Assembly: GCA_030390025.1 (NCBI GenBank) | Contig: JASTWF010000036.1 | Coordinates: 2,046,001-2,110,000, forward strand | DNA from: Squalus acanthias | Taxonomy: Eukaryota | DNA: 64,000 nucleotides | Reading direction: 5' to 3' | Shown here: in pieces, positions 62,758 through 64,000 of the stretch | Layout of the letters: each line of letters starts with the position of its first letter | Position numbering within the stretch: the first letter of the stretch is position 1 | Translations under genes and position numbers: made by a program | The notes under the pieces: model-generated | Told to the model about the DNA's origin: nothing | The model's input: the letters and a program-made list of their open reading frames with translations, nothing else | Databases searched by the model: none

Positions 62758-64000
62758 TGCCTGTGTGTTACACGAGGCTGGACTCAAACTGAATATCCCA
62801 CCTTTTCATTTTCTCATGAAGCTGAAGCTTGTTAAATGCTGCTTCGCAAACACAATTCCTCATCTTAAATTCTCAATTACTTCTTCAGGACTATAAGGGG
62901 CCCTGCTGAGTGTTGCTTGCTACAGTTTGATTTGTTCCCGGGTGAGCATTCTCATAGAGGGAGGGCCACTGATTTTGTTATTTAGGAAAGGTGGAATTTG
63001 CCTCAGAATTGGGGTCAAAGGGTCAAGTGCATGAGCGGGATGCCAAATACCCACGTAACTCAGACTGGTATAAAAAAGGTTTGTGCTTAAACCTGTTAAA
63101 ATAAAACCTGGGTGTGGGCCGAGTCATTTAACAAAGGATAAAGATGGTAGCCATGGCAACAAAGAGTGCAATCTTGTGTCATTGGGGTCATAGCTATCCT
63201 CTATCAAAGGTCAGCCTTTCTCTCGAGCATTCCCTCTCTCTCTTTCCCTCCTACCCCAGCCCACATCAAGAAGCAGCATCTTGTTGCTGTGGGAGATTTT
63301 GTAACCTGGCCTGGACTTCAGGCAGGTTGGAGCTTGACTGCTGACTTTCTGGTTCAGAGCTCAACTCTTGACCTTGAAAGAATGTCATAAGGTACGTTGG
63401 ACTTAGTTGTAGCTACAAAGATTTTTTTTCTCTGTTCAAGATATGCAGTAAAATGCAAATCTTGCAACAGGGTAAAAGATAAATTTATCTGACTTCAAAA
63501 AAAGCTAATTTTTATTGATCAGAAACACAGTAAGCCCACATTATAACTCCAGCATTTGAAGAGTAGTTTTTTTGTGAGTCAAAATGGCAGCTCATCTTAT
63601 TCGGGCTCCTTAGTGTGTGTGAAAATACTCTATATTAGGCAGGATTCAGGTGATGTTGCGAGCAGTAACAAACACGAGTCGAAATGACCCTCCTGTTAGC
63701 CAAACTCCTCGGCAATATGAAGGTATAGAGCCATTTCACATCTGTGGCAGTGTATAGGCGGCCATTTTATGCAATGTGTGTGTTTACTGTATTTGAACAG
63801 AAGAAGTCATAGAAAATGTATAAAATCTGATCAGCCATGACTGGTGAATGTGAATGTAAAAATCTGTCTGGATTTCAAATGATAGCATTTTTTTTACACA
63901 ACCTGGCCGTAATCTGAGTTCAGCGCACTCGTGCAGAGCAGAACATCTGGAGAATGCTTTTCAAAACTAGACACAGGCCCTAAAATAGACCTTCCACCTC

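Overview
Eukaryotic genomic DNA from a vertebrate, most likely a cartilaginous fish (shark), judging by HE1/V-SINE-like and SacSINE1/Deu-SINE-like repeats and shark-type CR1 LINEs. Two host genes lie on the + strand. The first is the last two coding exons and long 3' UTR of SMARCD1 (4131-7378, UTR to about 10590). The second is a complete 8-exon GPD1 (glycerol-3-phosphate dehydrogenase, 15784-32759, 350 aa, all GT-AG introns). Almost everything else is transposon-derived: CR1, L2 and RTE LINEs, SINEs, hAT and Harbinger DNA elements, and Penelope-like elements (PLEs). The most striking structure is a 12.9 kb nested stack at 42399-55265. It is a full-length CR1 headed by 14+ apparently identical 303-bp TATA/CCAAT/splice-site monomers. 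A second CR1 is inserted in frame into its endonuclease, and hammerhead-ribozyme-bearing PLE pieces sit at the same homologous nucleotide of both reverse transcriptase domains. Two families of PLE fold-back insertions with minimal hammerhead motifs occur across the window, including inside a ~68-bp minisatellite. All assignments are by eye, without database searches, and repeat boundaries are approximate unless a TSD or TIR is quoted.
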